Source: Eledone cirrhosa (taxonomy: Eukaryota). Taken from it: a stretch of 64,000 nucleotides of DNA. Below are positions 34,945-49,873 of the stretch, one piece after another. The notes beneath the pieces were generated by a model, which did not search any database, was not told the DNA's origin, and saw only the letters and a list, made by a program, of their open reading frames with translations. The translations under genes were made by a program, and so were the position numbers. The stretch covers positions 60,450,001 to 60,514,000 of the forward strand of contig OZ024741.1 of the NCBI GenBank assembly GCA_964016885.1. Direction: 5' to 3'. Positions within the stretch are counted from its first letter, which is position 1. Each line of letters opens with the position of its first letter.

Positions 34945-35845
34945 CGCCTTAGATATATGGGCGGAAAAGAACAACATGTTACGGAAGGAAGACAAAGTCG
35001 AACTGATCCACTTTGGAAAAGAGGATGCTCTGAAACTCCCGTACTCCCTTCCCTCCGGGGAAACTCTCGTGGCATCTAACAACATCAGAGACTTGGGAGT
35101 AACCGTGGACAGCAACATAAGCTGGGCCACGCATATAAGCAGCAAAGTTGACATGGCCCGCAGAATGTGTTCCTGGATCCTCAGAACCTTCCAGTCGAGA
35201 GATTCCCACACCATTATCCTTCTCTTCTCTAATTTTGCCCGACCACACCTTGAATACTGTTGTCCACTGTGGTCTCCCCACACGAAACAAAGTATCATGA
35301 AACTTGAAGCTCCTCAAAGGGCAATCATGAAAAAGATAGATGGCATGTCAGACCTTGACTACTGGGGTCGACTAGAAAACCTGAAACTTTACTCACTCCA
35401 ACGTCGCCATGAGCGTTATATTATCTGCATGATGTGGAAAATGTTCCATCATCATGCCCAAATGATGTTGGCATCGCCTTCAAGATACACCCAAGGCTTG
35501 GGCCCCGTGCTATCCGTCCCATTCAAAAATCTAAATCGCAACTCATAACAACAATACGGCACAATTATTTCACCTCAATCGGCCCTGCTCTCTTCAACAT
35601 CACACCAGGACACGTCAAAACAGAAACTGACCACACAAAATTCAAGAAGTCTTTGGACAAATTCCTCCAAGTAATCCCGGACAAACCACCCACACCCGGA
35701 TATGTCTCCGCAAACAGTAATTCTCTTCTCGAATGGGCCATGGTGCCCAAATCCTGAATTGAAAGACTTCGCCAGGTGGTGCTATTAAGTTAGACATGGT
35801 CTGGGCCAGTACTGGCCAAAACATTTCAAAGTTATTCAAAGTTAT
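34945..35845 (+). mobile_element. CR1-group LINE 3' fragment (RT C-terminus, one frameshift, short tandem tail)
   Basis: IWAEKNNM...IRDLGVTVDSNISW.THI...RPHLEYCCPLWSPH...LKLYSLQRRHERY...GPALFN...[16 protein letters not shown]; ends in (TTCAAAGTTA)2. Confidence 0.9.
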
Positions 35846-35853
35846 ATATATAT

Positions 35854-35899
<46 letters not shown>

Positions 35900-35909
35900 T
35901 GATAGATAG

Positions 35910-36040
<131 letters not shown>

Positions 36041-36056
36041 TATATGTATATATATA

Positions 36057-36143
<87 letters not shown>

Positions 36144-36148
36144 CTATC

Positions 36149-36230
<82 letters not shown>

Positions 36231-36247
36231 TATATATATATATATAT

Positions 36248-36317
<70 letters not shown>

Positions 36318-36362
36318 GTATATATTAATATATATATATATATATACGTATATATATATATA

Positions 36363-36432
<70 letters not shown>

Positions 36433-36459
36433 GATATATATGTATGTATATATATATAT

Positions 36460-37310
36460 AGCTTGACTGATAGGGTTATATATAGATGCACTATTACTAG
36501 CTACAATAGCGTTAAACATTATATAGGGGCTACCTCCGACTCGTTCAGAATTAGGTTTCGAACACATCTCCACTCTTTCACAAATAGAAAACTAAGGCAC
36601 TCCACTTCGCTCGCGGACTACATCACATCACTAAAGTACTTAAACATCAGCTTCTCCACGCAGTAGGAGATTGTCGGCAGGGCTGCACCGTAGAACTTCA
36701 AGAGGAAATGCGATCTTTGCCTCATGGAGCTCTACCACATCATAACTGCACCCCACGAGCTCATCAACAACAGAGCTGAAACAGCTATAAATTGTACACA
36801 TCGCTTAAAAATATCCTTCTTCAGTTGAGTTAAGGATGAGGAGTGAAACCGTACACCGGATCTCCCTGCAACAAGGCTTAACACACCGGCTGGCAGGCGC
36901 TGCAAAATAACACCCAGGAAACAATCCTTGCAGACGAGACCCAGCCTCAGACAAACAGATGCGGCAAGAAAAAAAAAAAAAACATTTGTCCCGGAAAGAC
37001 TGCCCTAACACCGGCCAGAGTTACCTCCCTTGACCTGCTGCAAAATCAAAACAAGCTATTTTTGCGAGCAATGAATCTTGATGTGGATTTAACCCCCAAA
37101 ACTCTTTCCGAGCAATATAAGGAACACTTTTGATTATTTCTGCCCTTGAGAAGCCCAACTGGGCGAAACGTACGTAGGTACTGTTTTAAATAAACATGTT
37201 TTAACGGTCTATTCTCCGATTTTTTACTTTCCCACGTGCTTACGCTCTGCTAACTCTCTAACCCACTAAATATTAACACTTCGAATATTTAATACTAGTA
37301 TCGAGCACCT
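36460..37310 (+). mobile_element. 5'-truncated PLE: GIY-YIG remnant (36460-36830) and U3:A8 hammerhead-like motif (37141-37180)
   Basis: RVIYRCTI...[16 protein letters not shown]...STSLADYI...CDLCLMELYHII...LINNRAE; CC-TTGAGAA-GCCC aact GGGC-GAAA-CGTACG-TA-GG. Confidence 0.9.
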
Positions 37311-37442
37311 TTATCATACGCTACTTGGCAAATAACTATATGTATCACCTATCCTCCCCTTTTTTTTCTCTTTGTCGATACGTAAATACTGTATGTATGT
37401 ATATATATATGTATGTATATATATATGTATATATATATATAC

Positions 37443-37473
<31 letters not shown>

Positions 37474-37745
37474 CATATATATATACATATATATATACAT
37501 ATATATATATATATAAACATATATATATACATATATATATATATATAAACATATATATATATACATATATATATATACATATATATACATATATATATAT
37601 GGTTATATATATATGTATGTATATATATATGTATGTATATATATATGTATATATATATATATATGGTTATATATATATGTATATATATATATATATGGTT
37701 ATATATATATGTATGTATATATATATGTATGTATATACATATATG

Positions 37746-37777
<32 letters not shown>

Positions 37778-37826
37778 CATATATATATATACATATATAT
37801 ACACACATATATATATACACTCACAC

Positions 37827-37898
<72 letters not shown>

Positions 37899-38423
37899 TC
37901 TTAAATATTTTCTTGTAAGATAGAAGGCGAGTGAAAAAGCGAGGATGTTTGGAAGGCAGAAGAAAATAGGATGGTATTCTAGAAGAAGAAAAAAGAAAAC
38001 ACTTAGACGTGTGTGTATTATTTGCTACTGCTCGTGGCTGCTTACTTCGATATAATTTGCAGCCAGATTTCCTTTGAATATTATCCAACCTCCCTTCTCA
38101 ATTCTCTGCTATAGTACACAGGGAGGTAAAAATACTCCTTATTTTAGGTTATCCGAGTGATAATTTCTTGCAACTAATTATTGACCAGAAACCTGTTTTA
38201 TCTTTAATATTTAAATATATAAACAGCGTGTTGATATTCAGAAAATGTAGAGCATTGGACAAAATGTATTTTTCGTATTTGGTTTGGTTCATTTGAATTT
38301 TCAATTCACATCTGGGGTCAAGTAAAATAGCAAATATGTAGGGGAGGGGGCACAAAATAGACTCTACCTTCACCCAAATGTAATCATTTCTACCAAAGCT
38401 ATCATCCATTTATAATTATGGCG

Positions 38424-38582
38424 GGTGGAATTTCTGAAACAGTAGTGCGTCAGGCATGTATTCGTGTACTTAGTTACGTGTGCCTATGTTTTGAGTTCAA
38501 ATTCCACTGTGGTCAATTTTGCCTTTTATCATACTTGGTTCTATAAAAATATATCAATCAAATACTGATTTAATCGACGGCC
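38424..38582 (+). mobile_element. Diverged tRNA-SINE (others at ~50635-50760 and ~57622-57755)
   Basis: GAGTTCAAATTCC...GGTCAATTTTGCCTTTTATC core. Confidence 0.6.
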
Positions 38583-40452
38583 CCTAAACCAAACGATACG
38601 AGTCGTTCAACTAATATTAATCAAAGTGATATACAGTATGTGGCCATTCTACCCCCCAGAAACAACAGCTAAATCAACCGCAATCAAATCACATTTCACA
38701 GATAGAATAAACTACATTGTAGAATGCTAACAATAGGCTGGTCATAGCAGTAACACAAGTGATTATATTTCTGTTCGATCATGACCTAACTCGGGCAAGA
38801 CAGCAACAACATCGATATTTAGATGCAGAAATATTTTAATGTTTCTAAATATATGTTTAATAATCCGAAGCAGTATAATTTATGAGCACTCACATCAAAG
38901 ATTCTGATATTATGCGCTAAATTATGCGGAGACAACCTTATGGTCAATTTAATATACTAGTGGATATATAATATTTGATATTTAATATTCGCATCAATTT
39001 TCTCATTCTGAGACATTTTCTTTGAAAACACTGCAGTTAATGACTTTAATGCCATTAAAACATTTTTAACACTATTGTTTCTCCTTAGAGAATATGCAAC
39101 TTTATTCTAATAGTAAAACAATTCTAGATATATATTCACCCCATCATTGAAGGGTATGAGATATTGTCTCTATTTTCTATAGGATTCTTATATTTTAACA
39201 AGTCTGATGTTTTAAAAGCTGGGTTAAGCAATATATTCGCATTAATATCCGATATTATCTGAATAATAATCTCTTATAGACTGGCTTTCATATTCTTAAT
39301 TGAAACTATATGGTAATAGCAGGAATTATTTGCTAAAAAGTCTTCTAGTCTTACGTTATCCATACTTCAATCTCGTGATTTCTATACCTGACACTATTAA
39401 TATATTTATTATTTTGATCGTATTTATTAACATTTATCACACCGTGTATCAATTCTATACTGAATACATACATTTCGTTTGTATATTATATTAGAATTTA
39501 AGTAGATCATTAAAGATTCCTATATCAAGTGTTCCAGATATTCAAACAAGAGAACAGCTATCTCATCCATCATAGAGCAATTTGCAGAGACTTCTTCCTA
39601 AACGTAAACCCATAACAGGAAGATTCAGCATGACACAATATGTGACAAGTCATGTCATTTAAATTTCAAATAAAATTCAATGATCAAACTGCTCAGAAAC
39701 AGAACACGCAACCCGAACAAGACATCGAGCACACGACTGTAGGGTCTTACGGAGAACACCCTAACCACGCATCATCACAGCTCATTAAGGAATGTTTTGC
39801 CTAGCTATTGTTGCCTATTAAAGGAAACTAACATTTCTTGCATCTAATATTCTCTGCTATAAGAATAATATTTAAATGATTTATGTCAATCGCTTAAATG
39901 GAAACAATGTTTTAAATGTTAGATGTGTAATTGCCAATTTACCTTAATATATTTAATATAAAACATTCAATGTAACGTCAATTTAATAATAGTAACACAT
40001 AGTTTATGAATATTAAGCAAATATTCAGAAAAATATTCACAAAGTTTAACAGCCGTTTTAAATAACTATAAATGTTTAGTTCTATTAACATAGGTCATTT
40101 TTTGAAATCTAAGGGTGGGGAAAGTTTGGAATATTTTCTTCCAAAAAACCTCGATTAAATATTTTATTTACAAGACTAGTTTGTGATTTATTGAGAGAAC
40201 GTTGTCGACATAATTTTATGTAACATTACACAGTGATTAGTATCGATTAGTAGTGATTCTTTACACGGATTACAACCACAGATATCGTCTACTAACGCTT
40301 ATGGATGCATTCATAATCATACATATATATATATATATACATATATATATAGATATATATACATATATATATACACATTCACATATATATACATTCGCAC
40401 ATATATATATATACATATATACACATTCACACACACACAGACACACAGACAC

Positions 40453-40541
<89 letters not shown>

Positions 40542-40569
40542 ATGTAGAAAGGTAGCATACGAGTTGATA

Positions 40570-40855
40570 TATATAAAAACAATTAGTAGAAAGGAAAAAG
40601 ATTTTTTCAGTAGAAAATGTTGAAGAGATTCTTTTTAGTGAAATACCAAAGCATTAATTTATCTACAAGATACTAATGTTTCTGAATATTACCCTTCATC
40701 AGTACAGGTGAACAGTAAACTGTACTGATGAAGGGTAATGCCCAGAAACATTAGTGTCTTGTAGATAAATTAATGCTTTGATATTTCACAGAAAAATATC
40801 TCTTCAACATTTTCTACTGAAAAATCTTTTTCCTTTCTACTAATTGTTTATAAAT
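40570..40855. mobile_element. ~285-bp near-perfect palindrome with back-to-back hammerhead motifs (40663-40707 -, 40720-40764 +)
   Basis: ~137-bp arms with a 12-nt spacer; CTGTA-CTGATGA-aGGGT aat GCCCa-GAAA-CATTAGTG-TC-tTGTAG; core closely similar to that at 5722. Confidence 0.85.
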
Positions 40856-41072
40856 GTATATATATATATATATATTTTCTGTTATATATATATATAACAG
40901 AAAATACTGACTTAATAAATAAATAAATATATACACAACTACAATAACAACAAACACATATGAACACACACTAGTAAACAAATATACAATACAAGAACCA
41001 AAACAGATACACTCAAACGCGAACACACACACACCAAACATTATACAAACACATGCGCAGAGACGGAGACAA

Positions 41073-41099
41073 GAATAAATAAATAAATAAATAAATGAA

Positions 41100-41142
<43 letters not shown>

Positions 41143-41143
41143 A
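41073..41143 (+). repeat. (AAAT)n microsatellite
   Basis: Direct reading. Confidence 0.95.
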
Positions 41144-42280
41144 ACAAAAATGGCGTAGACATTACAATACAATACAATATAGAAGGAACATTATGTAGTG
41201 ACCTACATTCCGCGGGGTCACATACATTCTCCGTGCGTTATTTGGCTCAGCCCAGCCAATGACCGCTAGCGGAGGAGAATGTATCCCTACGTGCCCTGTG
41301 GGAGAAATTCCCGCGTCGATTTTGAAAAATCTCTCTCTTGCATCCTCACCTCGAAAAGGTAAACAACTAACTTTCTTTCGTCGTGAAATCACTAGCCAAT
41401 ATGTAACACAACAACTTAACCACGGCCTGGAAACACTTCAGCCAGTGGACCGTGCCTTCTGAAATTCTTAATTCGTTTGTTTTATTTCTCTTGGCATGCC
41501 TGCTCTACTCAGCTCTAAATAACTCAACCTTGTTAATAAATAATGTAAAACAAACCAAAGACGTTGTCGATGTTCTTACCACATCTTTCTACCGAACTAA
41601 TTACTCGTGGCGCAACTAACTATAACATATACAAACTGCTAAAGTGGTTGACCCCGATTATGCATTACACAGCCTTTTAAAAGACTTCTAAAAAACTTCT
41701 AAAAACTTCTAGAGAAACATACAACACATACAAAAAAAGAGAAATTGATGACGAAACTAATACTTTATTTCTTGCAACTATGCGAAAAAACGAACTTGAA
41801 AATTGTTCGTTTAACTAAAAAAAAAAATTCACAATGGCCTGCTGGTCCACCAATTGTCTTTCTACTCCGAAATGCAGCTGAAACGCATCATGTGATGCTA
41901 TCTCCTTCACCAATTTGAAGAAAGAAAAGAAAGGAAGAAAAAAAAACATATTTAATTTTTCTCCCTAGAGATGATTCCTGCCTATGAAGAGATGACTCCT
42001 GTCTTCTCTCTCTCTCTGCTGTATACGCTCCCGTCTTCGAGTCGAGACCAACTCACCGACTACACCATCACGACACGTGGTAAAATATTTCTATTGTTTT
42101 AGTATTGACTCCTGTGATATAAAAACATTGTACAAACACGCACCAGCCATTCCTATTCGTTTTAATATTATTGCAAGTAATATATACACTAATACCTGTC
42201 ATCCAAAATTATAATAGTACCGCTGATGATATTGCAGATGTGCAACGAAAGAACTTTGATAGACTATATATATATATTTA

Positions 42281-43022
42281 CTAGCTATACTACCCGTCCT
42301 TTGGACGGTTCAAGTAGCTTTCTATGTAGCTCATTAAACTAGACAAAGTAAATTTGAATACATAGAAGATAAACGTACTTTATGTAAACATAAAAACCTT
42401 AGGCACTATTACAGCGAAATAATTAATATGTGAGCTCGGTGTCTTTATTGACAACAGTAAAAGCGCATCATGAAATAGAGAAGTGAAGTGAATAATAGGC
42501 ACTATTATGTACAGCGCATAATGTTGTAAAAGATATGAAATCACTTAATGTATGAACATCAAGCTTGAAACGCTAAATCATACAATGTCAAATCTATAAC
42601 TTAACTTAGTAATCTGTTAGAAATTGCTGGTTGTGAAATATACAAAATGATATTGTTAGTTTCAAGGAAGCGTACCTTTTGTTTCAAGTACAAAGAGTAA
42701 ATTAAAATCCGAATGAGCCGAATTACGAAAAATAAATCTTGTCTTACTTAAAGAAAACTCTTTTCTTACTTAAAGATAACTCTTGTCTTACTTAATCAGG
42801 AAAATTCACACAAATAACCGACATTTTTTTAATGTCCCCAAAGGCCCCAATATCGATTTTTGAAAGCCTTTGTAGATCATGTACAGGTTTTGTGCAAGGA
42901 GAAGCTCTGTAAAAAATTTCAAAGAAATCGCATGAATGGTTTAGAATATATGAACCCTCATTAAGAATTGTCCACATACACACACACACATGCAGAAAAC
43001 TTCGTCTTTATATATATACAGA
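42281..43022 (-). mobile_element. Non-autonomous Helitron
   Basis: Minus strand begins A|TCTGTATATATATAAAG followed by (TG)n and ends with hairpin CCGTCC aaa GGACGG, then CTAG|T; no TSD. Confidence 0.85.
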
Positions 43023-43177
43023 TATCTGTTGGTCAATCAATGATATACATTGATTGCCAAATAAATTAACTATGGAGATATAAAAGATACAGAAGCGAAA
43101 ACCAACCAAACAATGAGTGTATTTAGTTATTATTTCAGGCAATATTATTACAACAATATGAATCTCCCCAAGTATAT

Positions 43178-43243
<66 letters not shown>

Positions 43244-43254
43244 AACAAACACTC

Positions 43255-43288
<34 letters not shown>

Positions 43289-43299
43289 TCACATTTATA

Positions 43300-43353
<54 letters not shown>

Positions 43354-43552
43354 TGTATGTGTATATACATATATATATATGCATGTATGTCTATATACAT
43401 ATATATATATATAAGAAATGGGAAGTAAGGTTATATACAAAACTGGATATAGAGAAAAGGTGAAGATGGAAATAGCACGGAAAATATATTTAAGGGTCTG
43501 TTTATCTTTTTTATCCTTTCTTTGATTCGTGAAAGGGACATTATTGAAAACA

Positions 43553-43735
43553 TTGGCAGTATCAGTAGAGGGTCGGACGCCATGCATTCCAGCATAGTTA
43601 CGTCCCTTTACGATCTGAGTTCAAATCCCGCCGAGGTTGACTTTAACTTTCATCCTTACGGGGTCGATAAAATAAAGTACCAGTAACGCACTGGGATAAT
43701 TGCTGGTCTTGTGCCTAAAAGTAGAAACAATTATT
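43553..43735 (+). mobile_element. tRNA-derived SINE (duplicates at ~45540-45723 and ~47477-47659)
   Basis: TGGCAGTATCAG, GAGTTCAAATC, TTTCATCCTTACGGGGTCGATAAAATAAAGTACCAG, tail AGAAACAATTATT. Confidence 0.88.
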
Positions 43736-43816
43736 GAGAAAATGACATTATTGAAAAAATGAGAGAGACAATTCTTTTAAAAAAAAAGTTTTATGATGTA
43801 TATAAAGTATATAAAG

Positions 43817-43860
43817 TATAACCGGTTTCGATTTATTATTAAAATTCATCTTATCAAATA
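43817..43860 (-). ncRNA. Minimal U3:A8 hammerhead-like motif (duplicates 45805-45848, 47741-47784)
   Basis: Minus strand TAT-TTGATAA-GAT...ATC-GAAA-CCGG-TT-ATA; stems are short. Confidence 0.65.
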
Positions 43861-44043
43861 TTGAGTATTGAAATAAAAAATTAAAAAGAATTAATAGGAT
43901 TTAAAAACTAAAAATTAATGATTTAAAATTAAAATCCATTGTTGGAGTAAGTTTTTTTGCCATCGTACTTGCTGAAAATTTGGCTGGAGAATATATATAT
44001 ATACATTCACATACATTTATATACACACACACACACACATATA

Positions 44044-44126
<83 letters not shown>

Positions 44127-44244
44127 CGAAGAAAGTGTGGTAAGGAATCAGGTGGACCATAACGCACCAGAGTACTCGATACTTAGAGTTCAGATCTAGC
44201 TGTCGAAACGGCCGGTGCTCAGCCGTCGGGGTCCTGATTCTTTT

Positions 44245-44310
<66 letters not shown>

Positions 44311-45305
44311 TGTGTCTGTGTGTGTGTGTATATATACGTATAATTATATAAACATATATAAATATGCACGCATATAGCGCACGCACACACATACCTACAG
44401 GTAAAAACACATATGTTCACCAAACGTACGTCAGCCAAGACACAATGTACACATATACGCACCTTACATACGTGCAAACACGCATACATGCATACACACA
44501 CGAACACATAAGCACATATACACATAGCCATATACACATATACCAGTGTATATAAAATAATAAATATATACCCATAACAAAGCATATATACGTACGAGAA
44601 AGTATACGTACCTTATCTTCAAGACCACTTTACAGTGTGGGCTGGCTGGCGTGAGATGTATGAGGATTGGGGAGGTAATTCTAGGTGCGTGGGTGAGGGG
44701 TGGCATGTTCAAACGTGGGTGGAGTGTTAGCACATGGAAGGTGCATGAGGGGGTCGGACGTAGACAAAGTGTTGTATGTCAGGATATGGACGGGTATGGA
44801 ATAAGGAGAGGACGTTAGTGAGTACAAGATATATGCTTCAACCTGTGTACAGAGGAGGGGGGACAGTTTCATGTAATACTGCGTACGCCAGAGATCTCGA
44901 TCCTGTGTCATCGCATTCGAGATGTGCAATTGTGCAAGGTCAGGTTTTATCACTTTATCCCATGTCTTCTTAGGTCTTCCTAAACCATAGATTCCCTGGA
45001 TTTTGAGCCCCCTGTACCTTTTTATACAGCTGTCGTCCTTCATACGCATCACACATCCATACCAACGCATTCTCCTTTCCTACACACTGTATCTGATTCT
45101 TCTTACGTACGGTTTCTCTCTCAATTCATTTATGCTTTGCCTTTAATGTTACAAATCTATCGAAAGAAGGAAGCTTGATTTCTTTCCAATCTTTGTAAAT
45201 CTTCTGCACACAGCATCCAGGTCTCACTGCCATACAATCTTGCTGTTTGTATATATATACACACACACACATATATATATATATACATATATATGCATAT
45301 ACATA

Positions 45306-45345
<40 letters not shown>

Positions 45346-45367
45346 CCTACATATATATAGATGTATA

Positions 45368-45401
<34 letters not shown>

Positions 45402-46029
45402 AGAAATGGGAAGTAAGGTTATATACAAAACTGGATATAGAGAAAAGGTGAAGATGGAAATAGCACGGAAAATATATTTAAGGGTCTGTTTATCTTTTTT
45501 ATCCTTTCTTTGATTCGTGAAAGGGACATTATTGAAAACATTGGCAGTATCAGTAGAGGGTCGGACGCCATGCATTCCAGCATAGTTACGTCCCTTTACG
45601 ATCTGAGTTCAAATCCCGCCGAGGTTGACTTTAACTTTCATCCTTACGGGGTCGATAAAATAAAGTACCAGTAACGCACTGGGATAATTGCTGGTCTTGT
45701 GCCTAAAAGTAGAAACAATTATTGAGAAAATGACATTATTGAAAAAATGAGAGAGACAATTCTTTTTAAAAAAAAGTTTTATGATGTATATAAAGTATAT
45801 AAAGTATAACCGGTTTCGATTTATTATTAAAATTCATCTTATCAAATATTGAGTATTGAAATAAAAAATTAAAAAGAATTAATAGGATTTAAAAACTAAA
45901 AATTAATGATTTAAAATTAAAATCCATTGTTGGAGTAAGTTTTTTTGCCATCGTTCTTGCTGAAAATTTGGCTGGAGAATATATATATATACATTCACAT
46001 ACATTTATATACACACACACACACATATA

Positions 46030-46114
<85 letters not shown>

Positions 46115-47243
46115 CGAAGAAAGTGTGGTAAGGAATCAGGTGGACCATAACGCACCAGAGTACTCGATACTTAGAGTTCAGATCTAGCTGTCGAAACGGC
46201 CAGTGCTCAGCCGTCGGGGTCCTGATTCTTTTCCTATATATATGCGTGTGTCTGTGTGTGTGTGTATATATACGTATAATTATATAAACATATATAAATA
46301 TGCACGCATATAGCGCACGCACACACATACCTACAGGTAAAAACACATATGTTCACCAAACGTACGTCAGCCAAGACACAATGTACACATATACGCACCT
46401 TACATACGTGCAAACACGCATACATGCATACACACACAAACACATAAGCACATATACACATAGCCATATACACATATACCAGTGTATATAAAATAATAAA
46501 TATATACCCATAACAAAGCATATATACGTACGAGAAAGTGTACGTACCTTATCTTCAAGACCACTTTACAGTGTGGGCTGGCTGGCGTGAGATGTATGAG
46601 GATTGGGGAGGTAATTCTAGGTGCGTGGGTGAGGGGTGGCATGTTCAAACGTGGGTGGAGTGTTAGCACATGGAAGGTGCATGAGGGGGTCGGACGTAGA
46701 CAAAGTGTTGTATGTCAGGATATGGACGGGTATGGAATAAGGAGAGGACGTTAGTGAGTACAAGATATATGCTTCAACCTGTGTACAGAGGAGGGGGGAC
46801 AGTTTCATGTAATACTGCGTACGCCAGAGATCTCGATCCTGTGTCATCGCATTCGAGATGTGCAATTGTGCAAGGTCAGGTTTTATCACTTTATCCCATG
46901 TCTTCTTAGGTCTTCCTAAACCATAGATTCCCTGGATTTTGAGCCCCCTGTACCTTTTTATACAGCTGTCGTCCTTCATACGCATCACACATCCATACCA
47001 ACGCATTCTCCTTTCCTACACACTGTATCTGATTCTTCTTACGTACGGTTTCTCTCTCAATTCATTTATGCTTTGCCTTTAATGTTACAAATCTATCGAA
47101 AGAAGGAAGCTTCATTTCTTTCCAATCTTTGTAAATCTTCTGCACACAGCATCCAGGTCTCACTGCCATACAATCTTGCTGTTTGTATATATATACACAC
47201 ACACACATATATATATATATATACATATATATGCATATACATA

Positions 47244-47283
<40 letters not shown>

Positions 47284-47303
47284 CCTACATATATATAGAT
47301 GTA

Positions 47304-47337
<34 letters not shown>

Positions 47338-47946
47338 AGAAATGGGAAGTAAGGTTATATACAAAACTGGATATAGAGAAAAGGTGAAGATGGAAATAGC
47401 ACGGAAAATATATTTAAGGGTCTGTTTATCTTTTTTATCCTTTCTTTGATTCGTGAAAGGGACATTATTGAAAACATTGGCAGTATCAGTAGAGGGTCGG
47501 ACGCCATGCATTCCAGCATAGTTACGTCCCTTTACGATCTGAGTTCAAATCCCGCCGAGGTTGACTTTAACTTTCATCCTTACGGGGTCGATAAAATAAA
47601 GTACCAGTAACGCACTGGGATAATTGCTGGTCTTGTGCCTAAAAGTAGAAACAATTATTGAGAAAATGACATTATTGAAAAAATGAGAGAGACAATTCTT
47701 TTTAAAAAAAAGTTTTATGATGTATATAAAGTATATAATGTATAACCGGTTTCGATTTATTATTAAAATTCATCTTATCAAATATTGAGTATTGAAATAA
47801 AAAATTAAAAAGAATTAATAGGATTTAAAAACTAAAAATTAATGATTTAAAATTAAAATCCATTGTTGGAGTAAGTTTTTTTGCCATCGTTCTTGCTGAA
47901 AATTTGGCTGGAGAATATATATATATACATTCACATACATTTATAT

Positions 47947-47998
<52 letters not shown>

Positions 47999-48116
47999 CG
48001 AAGAAAGTGTGGTAAGGAATCAGGTGGACCATAACGCACCAGAGTACTCGATACTTAGAGTTCAGATCTAGCTGTCGAAACGGCCAGTGCTCAGCCGTCG
48101 GGGTCCTGATTCTTTT

Positions 48117-48164
<48 letters not shown>

Positions 48165-48469
48165 TGTGTCTGTGTGTGTGTGTATATATACGTATAATTA
48201 TATAAACATATATAAATATGCACGCATATAGCGCACGCACACACATACCTACAGGTAAAAACACATATGTTCACCAAACGTACGTCAGCCAAGACACAAT
48301 GTACACATATACGCACCTTACATACGTGCAAACACGCATACATGCATACACACACAAACACATAAGCACATATACACATAGCCATATACACATATACCAG
48401 TGTATATAAAATAATAAATATATACCCATAACAAAGCATATATACGTACGAGAAAGTATACGTACCTTA

Positions 48470-49520
48470 TCTTCAAGACCACTTTACAGTGTGGGCTGGC
48501 TGGCGTGAGATGTATGGGGATTGGGGAGGTAATTCTAGGTGCGTGGGTGAGGGGTGGCATGTTCAAACGTGGGTGGAGTGTTAGCACATGGAAGGTGCAT
48601 GAGGGGGACGGACGTAGACAAAGTGTTGTATGTCAGGATATGGACGGGTATGGAATAAGGAGAGGACGTTAGTGAGTACAAGATATATGCTTCAACCTGT
48701 GTACAGGGGAGGGGGGACAGTTTCATGTAATACTACGTACGCCAGAGATCTCGATCCTGTGTCATCGCATTCGAGATGTGCAATTGTGCAAGGTCAGGTT
48801 TTATCACTTTATCCCATGTCTTCTTAGGTCTTCCTAAACCATAGATTCCCTGGATTTTGAGCCCCCTGTACCTTTTTATACAGCTGTCATCCTTCATACG
48901 CATCACACATCCATACCAACGCATTCTCCTTTCCTACACACTGTATCTGATTCTTCTTACGTACGGTTTCTCTCTCAATTCATTTATGCTTTGCCTTTAA
49001 TGTTACAAATCTATCGAAAGAAGGAAGCTTCATTTCTTTCCAATCTTTGTAAATCTTCTGCACACAGCATCCAGGTCTCACTGCCATACAATCTTGCTGT
49101 TTGTATACCTGCACCATGTAATCTCTCTTTCATTTTGAGGGGAAAAACCTGTTTGGTTAGCAAGGTTTCTAGCTCCCTGAACATTCTCCATCCTGTTCTC
49201 AATCTGGCTACAATACTTTTGGAACATCCACATCCACTGCTAATTTGGTCACCCAGGTAACTATCAACTACATCTATCGAATCCTCTGTGCATCTAAATG
49301 AGTTAGTATCATGTGGGCTGTTGCTACTTACTTCAGCTGTGCAAGGACCACATATAAAACCTACGTCCTTTGCTAGCCTATCTCCACTATATACACATAT
49401 TTGCCATACTAATGTGCTTTCTTTATCCTAAATTCTAGTCTGTACAGACACGCCTGCAAGTTTCTACCACCACCGCCTCACCATCTTCTCCCTTAGCCCA
49501 ATGCAAGATACTTTCGCCAA
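48470..49520 (-). mobile_element. RTE-clade LINE 3' fragment (partial duplicates ~44615-45250 and ~46550-47186)
   Basis: YLGDQIS...RMRTGWRMFREL...LYGSETW...LERNEAS...[11 protein letters not shown]...GRPKKTWDKVIK.DL...QDRDLWR. Confidence 0.9.
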
Positions 49521-49667
49521 CTTATCACAATAAAAATATGATCAGTGTCTGATCTAATTCAACATATCCACATAAATTCGAGAAAATTTTTCATACGCCA
49601 GTACAGCCTTGAAAAGGCTTGCCGAATACAAGTCGAAACCGCTTGGCGTCGTCGCCAGATTTTTACC

Positions 49668-49873
<206 letters not shown>

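Larger units (their letters stand above)
43300..49108 (+). repeat. Three tandem near-identical ~1.92-1.99 kb units
   Basis: Anchor AAGAAATGGGAAGTAAGG at 43413, 45401, 47337; unit end CTTGCTGTTTGTATA at ~45253, 47189, 49107; each unit has a SINE, a hammerhead motif, a PLE end and an RTE 3' fragment. Confidence 0.95.

Noticed and set aside
49604-49656. TTGAAAA-GGCTTG..CAAGTC-GAAA as a further U3:A8 hammerhead
   Set aside because: Core and stem II fit but stem III and stem I cannot be closed; possibly a decayed copy, so not counted
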